NCBI GenBank assembly: GCA_030765725.1
Contig: JAVCDF010000007.1
Location: forward strand, 16,682-80,681
DNA length: 64,000 nt
Direction: 5' to 3'
Source: Candidatus Chlorobium antarcticum
Lineage (GTDB): Bacteria; Bacteroidota; Chlorobiia; Chlorobiales; Chlorobiaceae
Each line of letters starts with the position of its first letter. Position 1 is the first letter of the stretch. The translations under genes were made by a program, and so were the position numbers. Below, piece after piece: positions 52,357 to 60,839 of this stretch. The notes under the pieces are model-generated. The model saw nothing but the letters and a program-made list of their open reading frames with translations. It was not told the origin of the DNA and ran no database searches.

Positions 52357-52550
52357 TATGTCACAAGGTGATGCTGTTAAAACACCCAGGTAGCCGAAAA
52401 GTGCCACCGTAGCAGGAAAGAAGGCATAATATAAAAATTCAATCGCCAACCTCTAAACACCCAAACAGCATGATTTCAACAGAATTTCTCATCCCGGCAT
52501 AAGGATTCCGAGCACCGCCCAACGCAGTTATCGAAGCCCTATCGAAGGTT

Positions 52551-53366
52551 TTACCGTGTCAAAAGGTAAAGGAACGGTGCGACGAACATCACAGTATCAA
52601 ACCGATCCAACACCCCCCCATGCCCGGGAATAAGCGCAGAGGCATCCTTCACCCCCGCATCGCGTTTGAACATGGACTCAATAAGATCGCCAGCAGGGCT
52701 GAAGAGGCCAATAAGAAGGCCTGCAAGAAGAACCATTGATTGTGAAACAGCAGGCACAACGGAAGAAAAGGCGAAAGCCGCGGCAATGCTCCCCACCGCC
52801 CCGAAAAAGAACCCCTCCCAGGTTTTGTTCGGGCTGTGACGATCGAACAGCTTGCGCTTAACCACCTTTCCCCCAGTTAGGCTCCCCCCGAAGTATGCGG
52901 AAATATCCGTCGACCAAATGCAGATGAACATGAGCAGCACCCAGGCTTCACCATCACCGTTCATCGGCTCCATGCGCAAGCGCATAAGGGAACCGAAGGC
53001 AAGGTTCACATAGAGGAACCCGGCAAGAGCTGAACCGAGGTTGAGGAGCGGAGAGCCCTCCCGGACGAACAGCTCAAGCAGAAACAGCACCATCACCACC
53101 GCGAGCAACACCACCCAAAGCTCCACAAACCCGAAATAGAAATCCGCCTGCACAACAAATGTTGCGAGCAGCATAATCCAGAGAGCTGGAGGGTTGGCCT
53201 TGTGCGAAGCTAGACGATGAAACTCAAACGAAGCAAGCAGTGCAAGTAGCAAGAAAAACGAAAAAAACCATACACCGCCCGCCTGAATCAACCAAAGCAG
53301 AAGGGGAATGCCCACAACAGCCACCAGTACCCGCTGCAGGAGATTGACGCTCAGAAGTTTACCCAT
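52551..53366 (-). CDS. cdsA: Phosphatidate cytidylyltransferase
   Basis: Signature SMFKRDAGVKDASALIPGHGGVLDRFD. Confidence 0.92.
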   Translation of the reverse strand: MGKLLSVNLLQRVLVAVVGIPLLLWLIQAGGVWFFSFFLLLALLASFEFHRLASHKANPPALWIMLLATFVVQADFYFGFVELWVVLLAVVMVLFLLELFVREGSPLLNLGSALAGFLYVNLAFGSLMRLRMEPMNGDGEAWVLLMFICIWSTDISAYFGGSLTGGKVVKRKLFDRHSPNKTWEGFFFGAVGSIAAAFAFSSVVPAVSQSMVLLAGLLIGLFSPAGDLIESMFKRDAGVKDASALIPGHGGVLDRFDTVMFVAPFLYLLTR

Positions 53367-53375
53367 AAAAATCCG

Positions 53376-54287
53376 TTACGCAGCCGAAGCAATGGAGGAA
53401 AAACGACGCATCACAAGCATGAACAACAACAGAGAAAGAGGCACAGCTACCCACCACCACACCATACCAAGCAGGATTTCAGGTTCAGGGCCCATCGCCG
53501 CAGCACCCCCACCCAGAGCAAGCAGCAGAAGAGCCGCAAAGTTGTTCACAAAATGAACCGACACCGGAACCGCAAGGTTGCCGGACTTGATATAAATATA
53601 GCCAATATACCACCCAAGCAAAGCAAGCGGCACCAGATTAGCCGCACTCAAATGGAAAAAGGCGAACATGGTGCCAGTCAGAAGCACAGCAGCAGAAGAA
53701 CGCATTGAAGCGGCATAGTTCCCCTGCACATACCCCCGGAACAGCAGTTCCTCACTCACCGCCGGCACCAGCGCCAGCACACCCGCCACCACCAGAAACT
53801 CCTGCAGCGAACCCGCATAAGCCAGCTCCGAAAGAAACGCGTCCATCACCACCCGCTGCCGCACCACCTCCGCACCCGCCTCACCAAGCGCCGGCCAGAG
53901 AAAAAGGTTCTGTAATCCAGCTATCGTATAGAGTAGCGGCTGCAGCATGAACACCCCAGCTACCGCAAGCCCGACCAGCCTGAAATCAACACGCCCCCCA
54001 ACCCCAAGGAACCCGAAAATCGCGCGCGACAGCAGCCGCCGACGCACATGCCAAGCAGCCAGCACCAGCACCGGCAACGCCAGCACCAGAAGCTGCCCCG
54101 CGGCCTGCACCGCCCGAAGCTCGCCAAGCATGACACCTATTCCAGCCCCTTCAGGCAACGACGCGCCTCCCGCAAGGGAAAACAGCAACGCCCCCGCAAC
54201 AGGATACAGCACCATGACCCCAAGAAGAAACAGGGTAGTGAAAAGAAACGAAGGCCGACGCACGGCAACAGAATCCATCATTCGCAT
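53376..54287 (-). CDS. CPBP family intramembrane glutamic endopeptidase (CAAX protease-like)
   Basis: EELLFRGYV, FAFFHL and HFVNN motifs in a polytopic membrane protein. Confidence 0.85.
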   Translation of the reverse strand: MRMMDSVAVRRPSFLFTTLFLLGVMVLYPVAGALLFSLAGGASLPEGAGIGVMLGELRAVQAAGQLLVLALPVLVLAAWHVRRRLLSRAIFGFLGVGGRVDFRLVGLAVAGVFMLQPLLYTIAGLQNLFLWPALGEAGAEVVRQRVVMDAFLSELAYAGSLQEFLVVAGVLALVPAVSEELLFRGYVQGNYAASMRSSAAVLLTGTMFAFFHLSAANLVPLALLGWYIGYIYIKSGNLAVPVSVHFVNNFAALLLLALGGGAAAMGPEPEILLGMVWWWVAVPLSLLLFMLVMRRFSSIASAA

Positions 54288-54508
54288 TCGAACCTCGTCA
54301 GATTTTTAGCAGCCGCCATCAGTTTTTCATTCGGCGCAGCAGTAACCCTTTTGGTCTTACATCCCGCCATGAAGTGATATTGCAAATAAACTACAACTTG
54401 TAAACCAATACATCACCATGCAAAACCCCCTCTTTTCATTACCTTGGTACATCAATCAGGCAAGCACCATATAGCCAACCCTCATCAACCCAATGCAACC
54501 GCAGCCGC

Positions 54509-55588
54509 ATGAATATCCTCTTCATGAACTCCGCCCGGGAGTGGGGCGGCACGGAAAAATGGACCCGGATGGCCGCCGAAGCTCTCGGTGAAAGCCACAA
54601 CACCATACTGGTCTACCGGAAGGATGTGGTAGGGAGTAACTTCACCATAACAAAATACCGCCTTCCATGCCTCAGTGAAGCGGACCTCTACACCCTCTGG
54701 CAGCTCATCCGTATTATTAATACGGAGAAGGTTGAGGCCATCATCCCCACCAAACGCAAAGATTATTTTCTCGCCGGAATTGCCGGAAAGCTCACAGGAA
54801 CCCCTGTCATCCTCCGCCTCGGAGCTGACCGCCAGCTTCGGGACCCATGGCAGCGCCTCACATACCACACCCTCACAAGCGGCATCATCGTCAACGCCGA
54901 AAAGATAAAAAAAACCCTGCTCCAGACCGGCTACATCCCCGAAAGCAAAATCAGGGTCATCTACAACGGCCTCGACACCACGGAAATCGACAAAAAAACA
55001 ATCACAAAGCAGGAAAAGCCATTCCCCTTCACCCTTACAGCCCTCGGTCGCCTCACCATCAACAAAGGGTTCGACTTCCTCATCCGCTCCTTCGCCCGGT
55101 TCCTGCATGAGAACCCCGAAGCTGACGCCGGCCTCGTCATCATGGGAGAAGGTGCCGACCGAACAGCCTTCGAAGAACTCGCCAACCAACTCGGCATACA
55201 GAACAGGGTCCGCTTCCCCGGCTTCCTCCAGAACCCCTACCCCACGCTCCAGGCAAGCGACCTGTTCGTCATGGCCTCCACCAATGAAGGGCTCTCCAAC
55301 GCCCTCCTTGAAGCAATGTACCTCGGCTGCGCACCCGTCAGCACCTACGCCGGAGGAGTCAGGGAAGTCATCACCAACAAAGAAAATGGCTATCTTCTCA
55401 GCCACGGCGACGAAGCCCGCCTCGCCGCCATCCTCAGCGAACTCTACAGGAACAAACCCACAAGAGCTGCAATCGCCAAAGCAGCACAAGAGACAGTCAT
55501 CCGCCAGTTCAGCATCCCCCGCATGGCTAAAGAGATCGCAAAATTCTGCCAGGACACCACCCAAAGCACAGAAAACACCGAAACATAA
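54509..55588 (+). CDS. Glycosyltransferase family 4 (GT-B), copy a
   Basis: MNILFMNSAREWGGTEKW... and the C-terminal ...STNEGLSNALLEAMYLGCAPVST motif. It is a close paralog of 56532..57605. Confidence 0.88.
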   Translation: MNILFMNSAREWGGTEKWTRMAAEALGESHNTILVYRKDVVGSNFTITKYRLPCLSEADLYTLWQLIRIINTEKVEAIIPTKRKDYFLAGIAGKLTGTPVILRLGADRQLRDPWQRLTYHTLTSGIIVNAEKIKKTLLQTGYIPESKIRVIYNGLDTTEIDKKTITKQEKPFPFTLTALGRLTINKGFDFLIRSFARFLHENPEADAGLVIMGEGADRTAFEELANQLGIQNRVRFPGFLQNPYPTLQASDLFVMASTNEGLSNALLEAMYLGCAPVSTYAGGVREVITNKENGYLLSHGDEARLAAILSELYRNKPTRAAIAKAAQETVIRQFSIPRMAKEIAKFCQDTTQSTENTET

Positions 55589-55737
55589 AATGTTTGTAAC
55601 TTTCAAAAAATGAAAGTATCTGACATGATCCGACGCCTGACACACCAACCGTTCGGCACAGTCAGGATTATGAATGGAATTATGAATTTGTCAGGAGATA
55701 TACCAATACGACAACTAAAGAGCCACCGTAACCCGAC

Positions 55738-56349
55738 CTACCGCAAATAGCGTAGCAGAGCAGCAGCGAGAGGACTTGCGGGATAGAGGTCGGAAAGATC
55801 ACGCACAAAAGTATTCCACTTGCGAAGAATGACACTGCGACCCAACCGCTTCACATAGCAGGCCACCGGAAGGAACTGATTGTTGCTCACCCCGTCAATC
55901 AGAATGAAAGTACAGTTCCCCGCATCCCCGCGACTGCAAACCATGTTCTCAGGTTTGAGTTCACGCACAAGGATAGCATGCTTCAGCAGATACTTCTTCA
56001 GCTCAATGAGGGATTCAGCCATTTCAGCAACATCGCATTCATGCTCAGCTCCGCTCACCAGATAATAGTGGAGCGTCCTGGAAACCGATCCGTCTGCATC
56101 AAGCGGCATATCAAACACTGCGCCTAGTCCCTGATCAGTCTCCACATCCCCATGATAACGGGCAAGATTATCCCACGAAATACCCCGTTTCTGCAGCCGC
56201 CTGTAACGACGGAGCTCTTCATCCGTAACCCCGCGATCCGAACGCCACTCAACTTTCACGCACTTTCCCTCATCGTCAGGATGACGGTAACAGACGCGCG
56301 AAGAGCCCTTGCCAACGAGAAGCGAACGATTGAGACGGATAACGCCCAT
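55738..56349 (-). CDS. YrbL-like (PhoP regulatory network protein family) kinase-fold protein
   Basis: MGVIRLNRSLLVGKGSSRVCYRHPDDEGKCVKV...LVRELKPENMVC...ILIDG is a glycine-rich loop, Lys and catalytic-loop-like layout. I chose the internal ATG at 56349; the 292-aa track ORF extends into the next gene's promoter. Confidence 0.72.
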   Translation of the reverse strand: MGVIRLNRSLLVGKGSSRVCYRHPDDEGKCVKVEWRSDRGVTDEELRRYRRLQKRGISWDNLARYHGDVETDQGLGAVFDMPLDADGSVSRTLHYYLVSGAEHECDVAEMAESLIELKKYLLKHAILVRELKPENMVCSRGDAGNCTFILIDGVSNNQFLPVACYVKRLGRSVILRKWNTFVRDLSDLYPASPLAAALLRYLR

Positions 56350-56531
56350 ACAGCACGGATTTATTGAAAGGCGGATGAAAGAATTCACGAAAATGTAACA
56401 ATTCCTCAACAAAGGCGCAACAAAGCGAACAGCACAACGCACATGCCGAACCAGCAGGAAACCGCTGGCTATTTTCTTACCTTGAACAACAGAACCGTTA
56501 CGGTACCACAACAGCTCTTCGCCCCAACCGC

Positions 56532-57605
56532 ATGAACATCCTCTTCCTGAACTCCGCCAAACGAGGCTGGGGTGGCAATGAAAAATGGACCCGGATGGCC
56601 ACCATCGCGCTGTCACAAAAAAACAGGGTCTTTTTTGCTTACCGTGATCACCTGATAGGCGAACGCTTTCCAGTACAAAAATTCAGACTCCCGTTTCTGG
56701 CCGAGATTGACCCGATTACCATTGCAAAACTGATGGCAATTATACGAAAGGAAAAAATTGATATCCTCGTCCCAACAAAACGGAAAGACTATGTGCTGGC
56801 CGGCATTGCCGCAAAACTAGGCGGTGCATCAAGCATTATGAGGCTTGGCATTGACCGGCCGATAAAAAACACATTCGTCCATAGGCTTGTCTACGACTGG
56901 CTGACCGACGGAATCATCGTCAATGCTGAAAAAATCAGGAACACCCTGCTGCAGGCACCATGGCTCCCCACCAAGAAGGTTCGAGTCATATACAACGGTC
57001 TCGACAGGGAAGAGCTTGACAATGGAGCCCGGCAGCCTTGGCCGAAACCCTTTCCCTTTACCCTGTCGGCAGTTGGCAGCCTCACACCAAGAAAAGGGTA
57101 TGACTACCTGATCCGCTCCTTTGCAACATTCCTCTCACAGGCGCCCAACGCTGAAGCAGGCCTTGTCATTGCCGGCGATGGCCTTGAACGCCACCCATTG
57201 GAATCACTTGCCCGAAAACTCGGCATCGCCGATCGGGTTCGTTTTGAAGGATTTCAGGTGAACCCTTACCCAATAATGAAAGGCAGCGATGTGTTTGTTT
57301 CCGCATCACAGTCCGAAGGTCTCTCGAACGCCTTGATAGAAAGTATGTACCTTGGATGCGTCCCCGTCAGCACCCGTTCAGGAGGAGCCGATGAAATTAT
57401 CCGCAATGGCGAAAATGGCATTCTCCTGAACTATGGAGACGAAAGCCAAATGGCAGCAGCCATCATGCAACTCTACCGAAATCCCGATCTCAGGGAAACG
57501 CTTGCTCTACAGGCAGAAAAAAACGCCCGAGAGCAGTTCTCCATGGCAGAAATGGAACGAAGTCTCATCGAGTTCTTCACCGACACCCTAAGCAACAAGA
57601 AATGA
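56532..57605 (+). CDS. Glycosyltransferase family 4 (GT-B), copy b
   Basis: MNILFLNSAKRGWGGNEKW... and ...SQSEGLSNALIESMYLGCVPVST. Confidence 0.88.
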   Translation: MNILFLNSAKRGWGGNEKWTRMATIALSQKNRVFFAYRDHLIGERFPVQKFRLPFLAEIDPITIAKLMAIIRKEKIDILVPTKRKDYVLAGIAAKLGGASSIMRLGIDRPIKNTFVHRLVYDWLTDGIIVNAEKIRNTLLQAPWLPTKKVRVIYNGLDREELDNGARQPWPKPFPFTLSAVGSLTPRKGYDYLIRSFATFLSQAPNAEAGLVIAGDGLERHPLESLARKLGIADRVRFEGFQVNPYPIMKGSDVFVSASQSEGLSNALIESMYLGCVPVSTRSGGADEIIRNGENGILLNYGDESQMAAAIMQLYRNPDLRETLALQAEKNAREQFSMAEMERSLIEFFTDTLSNKK

Positions 57606-58702
57606 ACATCCTCTTCATAAACTCCATCGGGAAAAACAAATTCGGCGGCGGCGAAAAATGGATGGTAAACGCTGCAAAGGGACTTACCGAAAGGGGCCAC
57701 CAGATAACCCTTGCCAGCAAAAAAGACTCCAAAATCCTCCGCTACGCAAAAGACAACGGCGTCAAAACGGAAGTGATCAACATCCGCGGCGACTTCAGCC
57801 CCCTCGCCACCCTGAAAATCGCCTCCTGGCTCAAACAGCACCAGACCGACATTCTCATCTGCAACCTCAACAAGGATGTCCGCGTCGCAGGCCTCGCCGC
57901 CCGCATTGCCGAAACGCCAGTCGTTCTCGCCCGCCACGGCATGCTCCTCTGCAGCCGAAAATGGAAACACAAACTCACCCTCACCAACCTCACCGACGGC
58001 ATCATCACCAACAGCCTCACCATCAAAGAGACATACGGCGAATACGGCTGGTTCAGCAAAAACTTCGTCAAGGTCATCTACAACGGCCTCGTCATCCCGG
58101 AAAAGGTTGAGCCGTTTGACTTCAGCAAGCGCTTCCCCGGAAAGAAAATTATTTACAGCGCCGGCCGCCTCTCCGAACAGAAAGGGTTCGCCTACCTCAT
58201 TGAAGCAGCCGCCATACTCAAAAAGAGCCGCAATGACCTTGTCTTCGCCATTTCAGGCGAAGGAAAGCTCGAAGAAGAACTCAAAACACAAATCAAAGCT
58301 GCTGGCCTTGAGGACTCATTCGTCCTGCTCGGCTTCACCGCAAACATCTTCCCCTACCTCAAAGGGTGCGACCTCTTCGTCCTCGCCTCCCTCTTTGAAG
58401 GCATGCCGAATGTTGTGATGGAAGCGATGGGAATGAAAAAACCGGTCATCACCACCGATGTCAACGGTGCCCGCGAACTTATGGGGGGCGGCACCAAAAA
58501 CAAGACGGGCATGATCATCCCGCCACGGGACCCAAAGGCCATTGCCGACGCCATCAGTGAACTCATCGACAGCCCCGAAACCCTGCAAGCTTACGGCCAG
58601 GCCGGCTACGAAAGGGTCAACAGCGAGTTCACCATGACCGCCATGACCGACAACCTCGAAAAGCACCTCCAGCAGAAACTCCGCGAGAAATCCATACAGT
58701 GA
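57602..58702 (+). CDS. Glycosyltransferase family 4 (GT-B), copy c (more diverged)
   Basis: MNILFINSIGKNKFGGGEKW... and ...SLFEGMPNVVMEAMGMKKPVITTDVNGAREL. It has 4-nt overlaps with both neighbours. Confidence 0.88.
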   Translation: MNILFINSIGKNKFGGGEKWMVNAAKGLTERGHQITLASKKDSKILRYAKDNGVKTEVINIRGDFSPLATLKIASWLKQHQTDILICNLNKDVRVAGLAARIAETPVVLARHGMLLCSRKWKHKLTLTNLTDGIITNSLTIKETYGEYGWFSKNFVKVIYNGLVIPEKVEPFDFSKRFPGKKIIYSAGRLSEQKGFAYLIEAAAILKKSRNDLVFAISGEGKLEEELKTQIKAAGLEDSFVLLGFTANIFPYLKGCDLFVLASLFEGMPNVVMEAMGMKKPVITTDVNGARELMGGGTKNKTGMIIPPRDPKAIADAISELIDSPETLQAYGQAGYERVNSEFTMTAMTDNLEKHLQQKLREKSIQ

Positions 58703-59796
58703 TGAACACAGCACCAGCCAGCGCAATACCCAAAAAGAAAAAGAAGCGACAGCTACGCCAGGCATTTGCCCGAACCCTGCAGCGCCTCACGCCCAAGCGG
58801 GCAGGCAACACCCCATTCACTGGCAACCTCAACACCATTGCCATCCTCGCCCAGGAAAAGCTCGGCGACTCGGTACTCCTCACCCCACTCATCCGAACCC
58901 TCAAAAAAACCTTCCCTAAGCTCGAAATCCACATCATCGCCTTCAGCCGTGCAAGCGCAGAGTTCTTCCAAAGCGACCCCGATATCACCGCCGTTCACAT
59001 GGCAAAAAAGGAACCCCGTACCTACCAAAAAGAGGTCCTCTCCAAGCAGTTCGATGTCCTCTTCAACACCAAGGACCATCCCTCCACCCACTTCCTCCTC
59101 CAGTCGGTGCTCATCAAGGCCCGCTGGAAGGTTGGCCATGCAAATAATTTCCATACCGGCCTCTTCGACCAGCTCATACAGCTCGACCACAACACCCACA
59201 TGGCGCTAAAAAACTGCGCCATCCTCCCCCTGCTCGCAGTCAAGGCAACGGAAAAAGAGTGCCGTCCCTCCCTCGCCCCCTCCCCGCTCCCAATGGAAAT
59301 GCAGATCTTTCTCCGCCAGATTGAAAATAAGCACCCAACAGGCATCAACATCAGCGCCGGAGAAGCGAACCGCTCCTGGCCCAAAGAAAAATGGAAAGCA
59401 CTCGTTGACCTCTTTCCAGAGGAACGCTTCGTCGTCCTCTGTGGCCCCAATGAACTCATTGAAAAGAAAAACCTCGAACGAATCTGCCCGACCGTCATCC
59501 CCTCGCCTGCCACCAGGAACCTCTACGAAGCAAGCCTCATCGTCGCCAAACTAAAACTGCTCGTCACCCCCGATACATCCCTCATCCACATCGCCTCCGC
59601 TGCCGGCACCCCCGTAGTCGGCCTTTACCGTGAAGCCCCGCAAGACATCTCCCGCTTTGGCCCCTTCCTCATCCCGAGTGAACTGGTCATCTCCCCCACC
59701 GGAGAAGTTAGCGACATAGCGCCCAACAGCGTCAAAAAAGCCATGGAGAAACTGCTCCCAAGAGAACTCCCCGCATCTTGGGAAACAAGCGTATAA
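58699..59796 (+). CDS. Glycosyltransferase family 9 (heptosyltransferase-like)
   Basis: GDSVLLTPLIRTLKKTFPKLEIHIIAF...LVTPDTSLIHIASAAGTPVVGLY, with a lysine-rich N-terminal extension. Confidence 0.82.
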   Translation: MMNTAPASAIPKKKKKRQLRQAFARTLQRLTPKRAGNTPFTGNLNTIAILAQEKLGDSVLLTPLIRTLKKTFPKLEIHIIAFSRASAEFFQSDPDITAVHMAKKEPRTYQKEVLSKQFDVLFNTKDHPSTHFLLQSVLIKARWKVGHANNFHTGLFDQLIQLDHNTHMALKNCAILPLLAVKATEKECRPSLAPSPLPMEMQIFLRQIENKHPTGINISAGEANRSWPKEKWKALVDLFPEERFVVLCGPNELIEKKNLERICPTVIPSPATRNLYEASLIVAKLKLLVTPDTSLIHIASAAGTPVVGLYREAPQDISRFGPFLIPSELVISPTGEVSDIAPNSVKKAMEKLLPRELPASWETSV

Positions 59797-59845
59797 TCGG
59801 CTACATTAGAGCTTAGAACCTTTTATTTCAAGCATTCAACGGCAT

Positions 59846-60838
59846 ATGCCCTTCGTCCTCACCATAACCATATCCGTTGCACTCGTCGCACTCACCATGC
59901 TGGTCAATTACCGGCTGAAGCGGCATCGCCAGAAACAGCATCGGCACGAGAACGAAGTCTGGTCCATCGGGCTCTACGAAGGCCCCGACCCGGTAACCCT
60001 TTCCCCTATGGAAGGCGTCCAAAACCCCATACTCACCGCCGACGATATTACCGATGCGCCAGCCCGCTTTGTGGCCGACCCGTTCATGGTGCAGCATGAA
60101 GGCCTATACCACCTTTTTTTCGAGTTCCTCAACACCAAAAGGGAGACTGGCGAAATCGGCCACGCCGAAAGCCGGGACCTGAAAACCTGGACCTACACCG
60201 GCACCGTCCTCAGCGAGAAGTTCCACCTTTCCTACCCCTATGTGTTCAGCCACGAAGGCGAAATGTACATGATCCCCGAATGCGCCAAGTCACAATCAAT
60301 CCGCCTCTACCGCGCCACCCGCTTCCCTCTGGGCTGGGAACCCGTGACCACCATACTGAAAGGCAGCAAACGCAAGGTTCCACTCCTCGACCCGTCGGTT
60401 GTCCTTCATAACGGCACATGGTACCTTTTCAGCTACATGCGCAAGGCCAACAGTCTCCACATCCATCTGGCCAATTCCCTTAACGGACCATGGACTGAGC
60501 ACCCAAAAAGCCCTGTCGTCACCGGCAGTGACCATTATGCCCGCCCCGGCGGCCGTGTTGTCAATGACGGCACAGTACTCTACCGCTACGCGCAGGACGG
60601 AGTTCCCCGTTACGGCAGCAAAGCATGGGCGTTCAGAATTACCGAACTCACGCCTGAAACCTACCGTGAAGAACAGGCCTCAACCACCCCCGTCGTCCAG
60701 CAGGGTAATGAAGCATGGAACAACCGAGGCATGCACACCGTCGACCCTCACCAGATGCAGAGCAGGCGCTGGATAGCCTTCGTTGACGGCCTTGAAAACC
60801 GGCAGGCAACTCAATTGACACAACAACAAGCACAATAG
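59846..60838 (+). CDS. Membrane-anchored protein with a GH43/GH32-like beta-propeller-type domain (resembles the bacterial relatives of the 'glucosamine inositolphosphorylceramide transferase' N-terminal family); function unknown
   Basis: N-terminal TM helix (FVLTITISVALVALTMLV), then ADPFMVQHEGLYHLFFEF, SYPYVFSHEGEMYMIPE, DPSVVLHNGTWYLFS and RPGGRVV blade-like repeats. I assigned the family by eye only. Confidence 0.6.
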   Translation: MPFVLTITISVALVALTMLVNYRLKRHRQKQHRHENEVWSIGLYEGPDPVTLSPMEGVQNPILTADDITDAPARFVADPFMVQHEGLYHLFFEFLNTKRETGEIGHAESRDLKTWTYTGTVLSEKFHLSYPYVFSHEGEMYMIPECAKSQSIRLYRATRFPLGWEPVTTILKGSKRKVPLLDPSVVLHNGTWYLFSYMRKANSLHIHLANSLNGPWTEHPKSPVVTGSDHYARPGGRVVNDGTVLYRYAQDGVPRYGSKAWAFRITELTPETYREEQASTTPVVQQGNEAWNNRGMHTVDPHQMQSRRWIAFVDGLENRQATQLTQQQAQ

Positions 60839-60839
60839 C

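Noticed and set aside
52391-52406. Sigma-54-like element TGGCAC-N-GGCT on the minus strand upstream of the ptsN-like gene.
   Set aside because: The GC dinucleotide is one position off the strict GG-N10-GC spacing of -24/-12 promoters. The site would also be inside the CDS if the longer start (52449) is real.
54485-55648. 387-aa minus-strand ORF antisense to GT4 copy a. A similar 469-aa ORF at 60648..62057 is antisense to the UDP-sugar dehydrogenase.
   Set aside because: Both have G/V/A/D/E-rich compositions typical of antisense frames. The sense frames carry clear family motifs. Neither has independent start or stop context.
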